This document shows positions 1 through 10,910 of a DNA stretch of 64,000 nt, piece by piece. The notes beneath the pieces are model-generated. The model ran no database searches and had not been told where the DNA came from. It was given only the letters and a program-made list of their open reading frames with translations. The stretch is from Tricharina praecox (lineage: Eukaryota): assembly GCF_024521635.1 (NCBI RefSeq), contig NW_026250425.1:558001-622000 (forward strand), written 5' to 3'. The position numbers and the translations under genes were made by a program. Within the stretch, counting starts at the first letter, position 1, and every line of letters begins with the position of its first letter.

Positions 1-19
1 TTTCCGCAACGGGCGATGA

Positions 20-641
20 GATGAGATTAGTACCGTTTATGAACGTCCTCCAGGGATCAAAATTGGACTCGCTACTGAATTGGCACCCCCTGACGACCGT
101 TTTCGTACCTGAAAGATGTTCGAGAATTTGCCCAAGCGCCGCGAGCTCATCGATATTGTGGCGTGTGTCCTCCGCTCCCCATCCTGTTGAAGACGGCCAC
201 TGACTAGGGTAATAGCTATCACGTCCTTGAGAACGGAACGATGTTCTCTACCGACCTCAAGGCTTTCGCACGTCAAAAGAACAGCCCGGTGTCTACTATG
301 CTGACGACTATTCACGGCGGCCTTCTAGAGGTAGTCGGCTGCATAAATACGCAGCCGATGGAGGAATTTTTTTTCCCTGATGTATTTACATGAGAGTTGA
401 GACATAACGACTCTGCATTCGATTGTATGCGTACCAGAAGAGTGAATGAGACTTTTTATTATGAATGAAGCCCGAAAGAGTGAATGGAGCTGGGAGGTTG
501 AGTGTGGCCGGCAGAGTGAATGGGACTCTGATATTGAATGAAGCCCGAAAAATGAATAGACCTACTAGGAAGCGTGAATGTGACTTTTGCCAATGAACGA
601 GGTCCATACGACTCCTCGAACGAGCGACAATTCACGCAGTG
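20..641 (+). pseudogene. Degenerate fasciclin (FAS1)-like remnant
   Basis: Frame from 20 reads ...ELAPPDDRFRT*KMFENLPKRRELIDIVA. A GT-AG intron (163-215, CTGAC branch point) joins it to YHVLENGTMFSTDLKAF...MLTTIHGGLLEV. These resemble the FAS1 H1 (APxDxAF), YH and LxTxxG motifs. There are in-frame TGAs at 17, 110 and 391, and a weak H2-like SN/TIHAV across a frameshift at 615-641. Confidence 0.45.
436..572. repeat. Degenerate ~36-bp minisatellite, array 1
   Basis: Recurrent GAGTGAAT units followed by GGTTGAGTGTGGCC or TGAATGAAGCCCGAAA. Confidence 0.7.
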
Positions 642-1006
642 CGAACCAGTGACGTACCCACCTGCGCGTCGAGTCCCGACGATCGCTTTGGAGCAACCAT
701 CAAGCCTAGCTCAATACGTTTTCCCCGCCGAGGCCGGAAGACGACGAGGCCAGCCGCCGGAATCGTCCCGATACGTGGCTCAATCATCCGACCACCCACA
801 GCAAGAGCATTTATACCTACCGGATTTTTGGGAATCTATCCCCCCTTGTGTGATGAGTGTAGGTAGTTGCGTGCGAGCTGCAGTGCAGGAGAGTGCTTAG
901 AAATTGGGCTAGGCCTAAGTGAGGCCTGCAAAGGTGGGGAAGGCTAGGGGGTCGGTATGGCTTCGAAAGAGGGGGTACAGCCGGTGAAAGCGAATATACC
1001 CTGGGG

Positions 1007-1158
1007 GAGTGAATTAGAGTTGGGGGGTTGAGTGTGGCTCGGAAGAGTGAATAAACCTGGGAGGTTAAGTGTGGCCCGGAAGAGTGATTGAGACTTTTGA
1101 TATTGAATGAAGCCTGAAAGAATGAGTAAACCTTGAATTTATACGAGATCCACTAGAA
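1007..1158. repeat. Degenerate ~36-bp minisatellite, array 2 (direct copy of 436-572)
   Basis: CTGGGAGGTTAAGTGTGGCCCGGAAGAGTGATTGAGACTTTTGATATTGAATGAAGCCTGAAA closely matches 492-550. Confidence 0.7.
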
Positions 1159-4100
1159 GAACAAAAAAAGGCGGGGGGCGGGGGGGCGGGGGGACGGGGT
1201 TGTCAGCGCACCTTAGACATATATCCGTCGGGCCTGGCACCCCGAACACGAGGCCGGCGATTTCCATAGACGTTATCTCGAGATGCGCATCGGGAGCGGG
1301 GCAATGTCCATTTTCGCGTACCTCCCATGGACATTATATGCCGTTGACTGAGTACCCCGCATGAACCCGCAGGCTCGCATTACATATCCATTGATTGCAT
1401 GCGACATACCTAGCTAAGTAGATCATGGCAACATACACCCGCACACACTCTCTCCGCTTCCCCGCAGGCTCCTATTACTCTAATTCAGCTTCACGCGCCA
1501 AAGCAAGAAAAACCGGGATCGAGTGCTAGGTGATGAGTAAACCCCACATTTCCACCGCCAACGTTGTGATGGTACAAAGATACCTGGTGCCCATCTCTAT
1601 CGAGGTCATAGAATGCACCATGTATGCACCTTTGTACTCCTTACACACTTGCACACTCGTATATACTCAATCGTGCCCGCCCGGAGCCCATCATTGATCT
1701 CATCCTTGATCTCATCCTTGATCCCAGAACGACGGAATTCACGGAGCCCTTCCGACTTTGAGCCCTTCGAGTACCTACCGATACCAATAAGTACCGATAT
1801 AAACACTGCGGCTTCTAGAAGCTCATAAGCCGGTTAGGTACCTATGTGTATAGAATAGAGTAGAGTCTTTCCCCAATCCCCAGCGGGGGAGCCGGGTACA
1901 GCTAGATCGTCAAGACAGCCACAATCGTCCCGTGTTGTGCTGTGCCGTCTCGTGCTATATATCGTCCCAAAACCGCCAGCAAGACTCAAATATACCATAT
2001 AGGGGCCAAGTTGATAGTACAATGATCACCAGGCGTCACTGATCATCACGATCAGCTTGTGCCGGTATGATACTTGAGTAGAGTAGTAGCAGCTCTGGAA
2101 GGTGGACGTCCCGGGCGGATTCTCCGAGGCGGATGCTCCGAGGCAGATGTTATATGTACCTAGTATGTATAATGTACTACCCCCTCTGTCCGTCAGCCTG
2201 CGGGGAGACGGGGGCAAGGATCAACTACCTACATAATGCGCTCAACTAGGTATGATAGGTAACCCCACCGACTTGTGCACAGTGCACGCTCCAGAGTAGT
2301 AGGTACGGGATCCTGTATGTAAATTACCGGTATTCACTTGCTCGCAGGCTGCAATGGATCGGTTCATGTGGGGAAGTTCTCTTTTCGAGACATCGTGATG
2401 AGCGATCACTCACTCACAGAGTCACGGCCATCCATGATCCATGCGCCACCGCGCCCACCGCGCCCAGCTCACTGGATGTGATAACCGCATTGCCGCACAA
2501 TATGGTTGGTTGGTAGTGGCGGTGGTCTCTGACCCCACACGGGCCACACGGAGATAATCGACTGGTTATACTAGGTATCTTATCGATCGTACGGCGTGGC
2601 GTGGCGAGAGCTTGGAACTTGGAAGGTGGGATTGACTTGACTTGACTTGACATGACTGCCTCACGCGGTTGCGCAAGTTGTGTGCTTCGATTCCGTCAGG
2701 AACGGTTTCTACAGTGCGCAGTGTGGAAATGAGTTCTCCATACCCGCCGCCGCCGCCCGGGTACGGTCACGGAAACCCAAGCAGGTACTTGCCTTAGGTA
2801 TATCCGTGACGCCATGAGGCTTTGCGCCACTTCTAAGTTTTTCCGTCTTTTACCTACGTTAGAGGTACCTATCTAGTGTACCTTCAGGCTTCAAGATCTC
2901 CCTCCAGACGACATTTTGCAGAGGCCAGAGTCCTCATGAGTCCAAAGTCCATACCCGACCCTACCTCATCGCCCACCACAGCCGACCCGATCATCGACTT
3001 CGGTTAATCCTCGCAAGGTTTTTCTGCACAGGCTGACTGGCTGGCTGGCTTATTCCGCACCTCCCCCCCTCGGCAAATTCAGATATATATAGACGTTTCC
3101 CCCCACATTCCACCCCACCCCACGGAAGGGGCCGAAGGTGGGCGGCGCGGCAGCGGCAAAACAGCAACGGACAGCCCGATGCAGATCGCTAGAGTGGTGT
3201 AACAGTGTAACTACGGTATGATAAGCCGCGTTAGCTTGCGCGCCACAGTGGCAAGAAAAGGACGGCGTGGTTGGTGGTCGTTAACTAGCCTTGCTAGACG
3301 AGGCTAATTACTAGTATATACCGTATCGAGCCTACATACATATCGACACCAGCCTCCAGGTCCTCGCTTTCACGGATCGGATCCGACCAATTAAGTAGTT
3401 CACTAGCACCTGCGCCAATCAACGACCTGCCTCGGTGCGCCGCGTCGAAGGTTAATTACAGTAGAGCACACTACGGTACATACATAGGTTTCTCAGCTTC
3501 CAGATGTTGCATATACATACACAGTTACGGGGCTCCGGTGCACTGTGCAGGCCGTGGCTAACGTGGTAGTTATCGATGTCTCAACTCGGCGAGTCGGCGG
3601 GTGTACATCTCCGGGACGCCAACCAATGGCTTCTAGAACAAGCGCCACGATGTGGGCGATCGATATCGAGCCAGCTCCTCCCCGACCAGCGACGTGGGAC
3701 CGCGGCTTTTCGGGGGCCATGATCGGTTCGGAGTTCTGATAGCTGGCCTGGCGCAATCCGCAATACCCCGCTTCACCGGTGAAAGTTGTGGCCGTGTCTC
3801 ACAGAGCTTCGGGAAATTCCATAGCGTATGTATTTTCCCACCGAGATCGATCACTGCGGAACTGCGGAACTGCGGAACTGCGTACCGGTGGCGTATCGGT
3901 GACGGGTCGCCGTGCGGGATCAGCCGTAGCCGCAAGCGCGAGCGGTCCCATCCACCTACTTAGCTACTAAATACGGTACATATATGGTTAGTACTGGTTA
4001 GTATCATACCTCCCCTAATAGAGTGACACGGTCTTGAATCCATGTGGCATCAGGCCGGTTAGTCTCGACTCTCGACTCTCCACGGTCTCACATACACTTA

Positions 4101-5046
4101 ACCTATATATAAATGTTTATATTCCGAACAATCCATGATTCCACATACCAATCCATGCCATACCGATTCTTACCGATCCATACCACACCGTACTCTACCA
4201 CCCCATGCACATGCGCGCACAACGTTGATGGTCCGTCCATGCAGGTACGAAATGTGAACTACCATACGAGTTCCTAGTCGATATAGTAGTCTATAGCGCA
4301 CTCTACCCACTCTCCGCACTCTCCGCACTCTACAGTACGCACAATTCTGCATGGATTCTCCGCCGATGGTGGCATTGGCAATAGCAGTGATGGAATACCT
4401 ACCTACATACTGCGGCGGCTGCGGAGAACGCATGGCTCTTCCTGTCGGATGAACGTCTTCATGATCGGCACTTGGCAGCGGCATAATATCACTACTCACG
4501 ACTCACGACTCACGAAGTACTCACGAGGCCGCAAAGTGCGTCGGCTGGGTGGATATCCGAGCTTACGGTAGACTTATGTTACTTTCTTTTCGGTATGTAT
4601 GTACATCATAGGAGGCGTACCACCACCTCCCGCAAATATCTAGAGTGTGTATGTACATATGTGCCCATGGGGAATGCGTGTTCATGGGCGAATCTACGCT
4701 TCACCAGGCCAGGGTTGTGGGGCGTCCGTATGTAGTAAGTTCTAACTAGTAGCTACATGGGGATTATCATCCTTCGCAGACCGACTTCCCGAGTTACCTA
4801 TGATGCGTACATGTGCAGTAGTTACAGCGCCGCATGGGATCCATGCTACTCGCGAGCATGTCGACTGAGCTCGACATCGTCAGGCGTGGTACATTCCGTA
4901 CCGTACCCAGGTCGACTTCCCCCACATCCCTTGTGTACATCTGTAGGTAGGTTGGTAGGTATATATCTCGGGGGTCGACCTGCTGGCGAAGAACGGTGAA
5001 CGGGCCAGCCAACGTCGACAACACATCCTCGTCGTCCATCATCACC

Positions 5047-6715
5047 ATGCATCTCTCATTCCTATCCTCCCTGGTCCTGCTCTCGTCGTCGGCGGTATGG
5101 GCATTGCCAGAGAAGCGGACGACATCGGACCTGTTCGTGGCCGCTCCAGCAGGCCCGATCGTCGGCCATTATTCTGCGCCGTCGTCGAATAAACGTTCGT
5201 GACCCCCTAGCCATGGAGAAGCCTCCGACTACCGTGCCGTGCTGACTTTACCCGAATAGCTGTCAGAGAGTTCCTTGGTATTCCATTCGCTAAAGCCCCC
5301 GTGGGCCCGCTCCGCTTCCTGCCACCCGTCAAGGAGTCGAGATGGAACTCCCCCTTCGTGGCCAAGGCGTACGGCCCTTCGTGCTACAACTCGAACTTCC
5401 AAGTCGACCTCAGTGGTGGAACCGGAGAGAACCCGATCGAACTGGCGCCGCCAACGTCCGAGAGCGAGGACTGTGTACGCATTCCTGTTCGGCCCGGCCG
5501 CGAAGTGGAATACCCCGCTGACATTCATTGAACGTCACAGCTGTCGCTCAATATCTGGGCTCCTCCGGCAGCCCGCGCAACTCCGGGCGGCGCCGCCGTC
5601 ATGATCTCCCTCTACGGCGGCGGATTCGTGCTCGGCGGTAGCGATACCCCCCTCTTCAACGGCACGAACATGGTCCAAAACCAGGATGGCATCATTCTCG
5701 TTACGATCAACTAGTAAGCGCCTCCTCCCCCTCCCAGCGTGAAGCTATCCGCAGCTGACGGATCCTCCCGCACAGCCGCCTGAACGTCTTCGGTTTCCCC
5801 GCCACACCCGCGCTCAAGGCCGACCAGCAGAACCCAGGCCTCCTCGACGTCCGCGCGGGAGTCGAATGGGTCCAGAAAAACATCGCCTCGTTCGGCGGCG
5901 ACCCCAAGAAGATCACCTTGTTCGGCGAGTCCGCCGGCGCGGCGGCCACGGACGCCTACCTCTACTACGCGCGCGAGGACCCGATCGTGTCCTCCGCGAT
6001 CCTGCAGTCCGGCACCGTCTTCATCATCACCGAGGGCATTCTCGGCAGCCCCGCGGGAGCGTGGGGCAACCTGACGGCGACGCTGAACTGCACCAAGTCC
6101 ACAGCTGCCGCGACGCTCGCGTGCGTGCGCCGCGTCCCCGCCGTCACCCTGCGCGACGCCGTCAACACCAGCGGCGCCTCGTTCACGCCCGTCATCGACA
6201 ACGGCACCATCTTTGGCGACACCGTGGCGCGCCTCGCCGCCGGGCAGCTGACCCGCGTGCCCACGCTCATCGGCTCCAACAACGACGAGATCCCCGGTGA
6301 GACCCCCGGCGCGTACATCACCGCGCTGGCGTTCACCTGTCCCGCGGCGAGATCGGCTTCGCACCGCGCCTCGTACGTGCCCACCTGGCAGTACAGGTAC
6401 CACGGCAGCTTCCCCACCGGCAACCCTAACTTCCCCGACCCCGGCGCCTTCCATGGCTCCGAGCTGGCGCAGGTGTTTGGTACCTACAACCGCACTTCCG
6501 CCACCCAAGCCCAGCGTGAGAGCTCAGAGTATATCCAGGGTGCCTGGGCCACGTTCGCGAAGAACCCCACCAGCGGCCTTACTGCCCTGGGTTGGCCGAC
6601 GTACAAGCGAGGCGAGAATACGCTGGTGAGACTGGCGTACGATAATGTTCCCGGAGCCACGTTCGTGGACCCCGCGACGTACGAGGGACCGTGCTCGGGC
6701 CTGGCTGCTGCCTAA
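5047..6715 (+). CDS. Secreted type-B carboxylesterase (cholinesterase-like alpha/beta hydrolase), 4 exons
   Basis: Signal peptide MHLSFLSSLVLLSSSAVWA. Introns at 5195-5259, 5475-5540 and 5714-5775 join FLGIPFAKAPVGPLRF, SEDCLSLNIW, YGGGF, NYRLNVFGF, the catalytic FGESAG and FHGSEL. Confidence 0.93.
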
Positions 6716-7181
6716 GTTTTGACGGCGACTTGAAATGTTGGGATGGCTATGTGTATCTAGCGTGTTTGTAATAGTTGATCTGCGCATTTATTGGAATAAA
6801 AAAAGGTTGATATCCATACTTTTTGCATCGGGGTTGTCAACGGTGGTGATGCGTCCGAGTTGCAAACAAAGCGAACGAAATCGGGTCTTTCGATTTCCGA
6901 AAGGACGGGTTCAATCCGGTCAGGACAGGTTTGGTAGTGAAAGGCTGAAACCGGAGTGGCTCGAAATGCCAGTCAACTTGATTGCCGTGACATCCCCAGA
7001 CCATTCCAGTTCCATCCCCATCTCCATCTCGCATAGGTATCATCCGGTATCAAATCGAACCTCCTCCGAGGTCCTTAAAACACTCCCGCCCCACTCCACT
7101 CCCATCTCCTACCCCCACCCTTTCCCCGTCACCGTCACCATCACCGTCACCATCATCATCACTTTCACCATCACCCTAACC

Positions 7182-7679
7182 ATGACCCGCCCCCAAACCC
7201 AAGAAGAAGCCGACTTCGAGATGGCTTTGCTCCTCTCGATCTCGGAGCACGAAGCGGCCGAGGCCGCATCCATCCTGACGATCCGCCAGCTCAGCGAGCA
7301 ACAGCCGTCGCCGCAGCCCGTCGAAGACCTGGATATCGACTTTGTCAGTGATGGGTCGCCGGATTGGCTAGAAAGGCAGAAGAGGGCTATGGAGGGGCTG
7401 CTGGGCTCGAGTGGAAGCGCGGCTGCCAACACTCCCCGCCCTACCCCTGCACCAGTTCCTGCACCTACTCCTGCTCCTGCTCCTGCTCCTGCTTCTGTAC
7501 CAGCCCAGGCCCCGGCCCCGACGCCTGCTCAGGCTCCTGCCCCTTCCGCCCCGGCTGGCGGAGAAAGCTGTACTGCCTGTGACACCGACGGCGCAGATAA
7601 GAAGGCGAACTGTGGGCACTTTTACTGTAGCGGGTGTTTTGCACAGGTCAATAGTTGCTGTGGACGGCCCATGAGTTAG
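7182..7679 (+). CDS. 165-aa protein with UIM-like helix, Pro/Ala linker and C-terminal RING-like Cys/His cluster
   Basis: ATG in AACCATG context after a C/A-rich leader. EEADFEMALLLSISE fits a ubiquitin-interacting motif; C-terminus is CTAC-x10-CGHFYCSGC-x6-CC. Confidence 0.7.
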   Translation: MTRPQTQEEADFEMALLLSISEHEAAEAASILTIRQLSEQQPSPQPVEDLDIDFVSDGSPDWLERQKRAMEGLLGSSGSAAANTPRPTPAPVPAPTPAPAPAPASVPAQAPAPTPAQAPAPSAPAGGESCTACDTDGADKKANCGHFYCSGCFAQVNSCCGRPMS

Positions 7680-7871
7680 AGGTGGAATATGGGCCTGCGT
7701 AGATGTTTGATTGCTGTTTGTTTAGACGATTGGTGCGAAGAAATATCAACTGTTCTTGAAGGCCAGGTGATATATATGCAGAGAGAAAAAAATGTGTTCT
7801 AACCGTGTATAGATACAGCTACTTTTATCTATCTGTGTGTAGACATCTATGGGAGCGAGCGGGGAAGAAAT

Positions 7872-8800
7872 CTATTTCTTCAGACTGGTGTACCTCAAGT
7901 ACCTACCATCCCCACATGTCAGCACTCTTCCACACCAATTCATACGTTCGGGGAGAAAACTCACGGCTTCAGCTCCTTCACGTTCTCGGCGCCGAACTTC
8001 ATCTTCGCGTCATGGGTCGTCACGGTAGGGGGGACAATGACGTCCTCGCCAACCTGCCAATTGACGGGCGTAGCAATTCCGTTCTTGTCGGCGGTCTGGA
8101 GGGAATCCACGACCCTGAGAACCTCTGCGGTGTTGCGTCCGGTGCTCGCCGGGTAGGTCATGATCAACCTGATCTTCTTGGCAGGGTCGATGATGAAAAC
8201 ACTGCGGATGGTGAAGGCAGTAGCGAGATTCTCGATCTGGCTCTGCTCAACCATATCGTACAGCCACGCGACCTCGCGGGTCTCGTCGGCAATGACGGGG
8301 AATGACCCGTCAGAGCCCGCGTGCATCTTGGAGCCGGTGACCTCGTCGATGTCCTGAACCCACTTCTCGTGCTGCTCCAGACCATTGGCGGAGAGCCCGA
8401 TCAGCTTGACGTTGCGGGCATCGAATTCCGGACGCATCTTTGCGAAGGCACCGAGCTCGGTCGTGCACACGGGCGTGAAGTCCGCGGGGTGCGAGAAGAG
8501 GATGCACCATGAGTTGCCGATGTAGCTGTGGGTGGGTTAATGATGGTAGAGATGCGGGTGGGCTGGGGGGAGGGACTCGTGGAAGTTCAGCTCGCCGTGG
8601 GTGGTGGCGACGGTGAAGTTCGGGGCATCGGAGCCGAGGCGCAGACGCGGCTGCTCCTTGTTAGCGAACGAGGGAGCGGCGAAGCGGCGGGTAGAGGCGG
8701 CGAAGACGCGGGGCTTAGCGGCGATGAAGCGAGGGGCCGCGACAGAGCTGCGGACGAGAGTCCGGAGGACAGGACGGAAGACGGGGAGGAGGGAGGCCAT
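7872..8800 (-). CDS. PRX1: Mitochondrial 1-Cys peroxiredoxin (Prx6 class), 3 exons
   Basis: Arg-rich presequence MASLLPVFRPVLRTLVRSS, then LRLGSDAPNF, FSHPADFTPVCTTELG and YPASTGRN. Introns at 8526-8576 and 7903-7964; last exon YLRYTSLKK*. Confidence 0.95.
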
Positions 8801-8894
8801 TGCGGTTGTTTTTGGTGGTTTGAATTGGGGACGAGACGGAATGACGGAGATGAGCTGATGGTGGGGTGGGAGAAACCGTGCGCCGCTTGGCAAC

Positions 8895-8906
8895 TTTGAC
8901 GTCAAA
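8895..8906. promoter_or_regulatory. Palindromic CRE/ATF site (TTTGACGTCAAA) upstream of PRX1
   Basis: Perfect 12-bp palindrome containing TGACGTCA, about 95 bp upstream of the PRX1 ATG. Confidence 0.5.
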
Positions 8907-9546
8907 TTCGATTTCGCTAGTGCAATTAGTTCCCGATGGGCGGAATTGACTCCGGAAGTGAACAAGCGCCGAGCGGTGCACGAGTGATACGTAATGTCAA
9001 CATTTCTTGGATATAGACGGGATGTCAGTGACTCGGTGGCAGACATCGATATCGTATCCGACCTGAGGATCCAACTAATCACGAGCCGGTTGAAAAACAA
9101 CTCTTTAGGTAGTGGTTGGTCGGCAGGCGGCAGGCAGCAGGTAACCGCGGGCACCATCCTGCTCTCTGCATGCAGCACGAAACGCACGCTCAGAGAATGC
9201 GCCAAACCTCTTGCTAAAACGGTGCTGATGTAGAACGCCAGCACGGGCATGACAAATGCGAGTTTCGCCGAGTGAGAGTCCCTGCATCTGCGTACGCCCG
9301 TCGCCAACACTAGCTCAGGCTTCAAATAAAAAGACGAGAGCCGAGAGGGAAATAGAAGGGAGTCGTCCAAGTTGAACCTTCTCCCTCCCTATATCTACAT
9401 CTGGCGAAAACCAGAAAACTGCCTCCTTCATCCATCCCACTATCATCGACACACCAACTACCGAGTCGCAACCACAACCGTAGGACCCCTCCATTTCCCA
9501 CTCCAATCGCCTTTCCACATCCTCTCCCCCTAACTCACCACCACAG

Positions 9547-9789
9547 ATGCGTCCGCTTACCGCACTCCAAATCCTTTTCGCCGCCAGCCTCTCGGTGAGC
9601 GTTACCACCGCTCTAGCTATCGGAGCTATCGAACCGCAGACCACACCCGATGTCGGCGTCGCCTGCCACCCCAGCTGGGTTGCCTGCTTCAACGGCAATT
9701 GCTGTCCTAAGCGCGCACCGATCTGTTTTGCGAATGCTTGCTGGAGGTTGAAGCCATGGGACAACCTCAAAGACGGAGGAGAGTTGTAG
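9547..9789 (+). CDS. Small secreted six-cysteine peptide (80 aa)
   Basis: Hydrophobic signal peptide, then CHPSWVACFNGNCCPKRAPICFANAC; C/A-rich 5' leader; paralogue at 10911. Confidence 0.8.
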   Translation: MRPLTALQILFAASLSVSVTTALAIGAIEPQTTPDVGVACHPSWVACFNGNCCPKRAPICFANACWRLKPWDNLKDGGEL

Positions 9790-10910
9790 CCTGTAGGCGG
9801 CAGCAGAGGATTCTGACTTATAACGGCACTATTAACCCTGGATAATAATGACTATGATTTGTTCTGCGCAATGTGTTTCTCTGTATCTGTGAATTGGTGT
9901 CGAATCGAGGTCTTGAAATCATCTGTAGTCGGTGAATCCACGAGTGACACACTGTGAGCCACTACCGCAATCAGCCATCGCGAACACATCCGCCGCTCTT
10001 TCGTAAGGGTATCAATCAGTATGACGAACTCTCTTGTCATAAGTGTCTCTTATGTTTTGTTGTCTCGTAATTGTTTGAGCGTTCCAACTCCCTTTGTGAG
10101 CACGGTGGGTATGCAAACGTCACTCGACCCACCCATCCACCCACGATGTTCAAAAATAAACAACAAAAAACCCTTCCGATTCGACTTGAACCGCAGCAGA
10201 ACAGCGTCACCCCAATATTTCTACCCTAGTGCAGCTGTAGATCTTGAGTACCCGGCGCGAATACTCGGCGCGAATACCCTCACCACCCGGGAAATTCACT
10301 GCAATTGAGCCATGATCGCCGCTGGTTGTTTCCATTCAATTCGTCGTCATGAACGAACCCGAGTCTGGGTCCGGAGGGGTACATAGAACAATGAATATCA
10401 ACAATGCCCTCTTATCATGGCAATATGTTCCAAGCGTCTGACGTCTGCTCTAAGAAGCACTCAAACAACAGATGGATGCGCCGTTCCAATCTTCCTGTCG
10501 TAGTTACAACCGTTCGGTGATGCATATTCAATCAGGAGAACATGCTTTGATCCCCGATCTGTGTCTCAGCGGTCAAGACACCCCCATCGCTGCCTTCCCT
10601 TCCTACAAAACACACTTACCTTCATCACCGATGACATATTGAACACAAGTGTTATGTACGTTCCCAAATACGGACTTCAATTTGGCCGACAATTTGGCCG
10701 ACAGCCACGATAAAAGCCCCCTTCCTCCCCTCCACCACTCCACCAACCACCTGTTCCTCCCCCTCCTCCACCAAACTACTGCAACCTAGCCAACCTCAAG
10801 ACAACATCCAAACAACATCCAAACAACAACAATCGTAATACCCCCTCCCCTCTCTCCCCTCCCTCACATATTCATCCCTCTATCAAACTAACCAATTCCA
10901 CCACAACCAG

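Noticed and set aside
85..185. Stretch superficially like an antisense bacterial glycine riboswitch (TACCTGAAAGAT)
   Set aside because: Other conserved aptamer elements are absent, the context is fungal, and a FAS1-like remnant explains it better.
436..1158. CRISPR-like appearance of the ~36-bp periodic repeats
   Set aside because: Units are degenerate and contiguous without unique spacers; there are no cas genes and the sequence is eukaryotic.
5711..6508. 265-aa antisense ORF over the carboxylesterase (similar ones at 21953-22825, 46921-47646, 15309-16256)
   Set aside because: Shadow ORFs produced by high GC3 codon bias of the real genes; no recognisable motifs.
6735..7181. 149-codon in-frame upstream extension of the UIM-RING ORF
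   Set aside because: It begins 20 bp after the esterase stop, inside its likely 3' UTR, and crosses a low-complexity C/A-rich leader depleted in stops.
7680..7802. 40 open codons after the UIM-RING TAG stop (possible readthrough or A-to-I stop loss)
   Set aside because: Length is compatible with chance and the extension shows no IBR or targeting motif.
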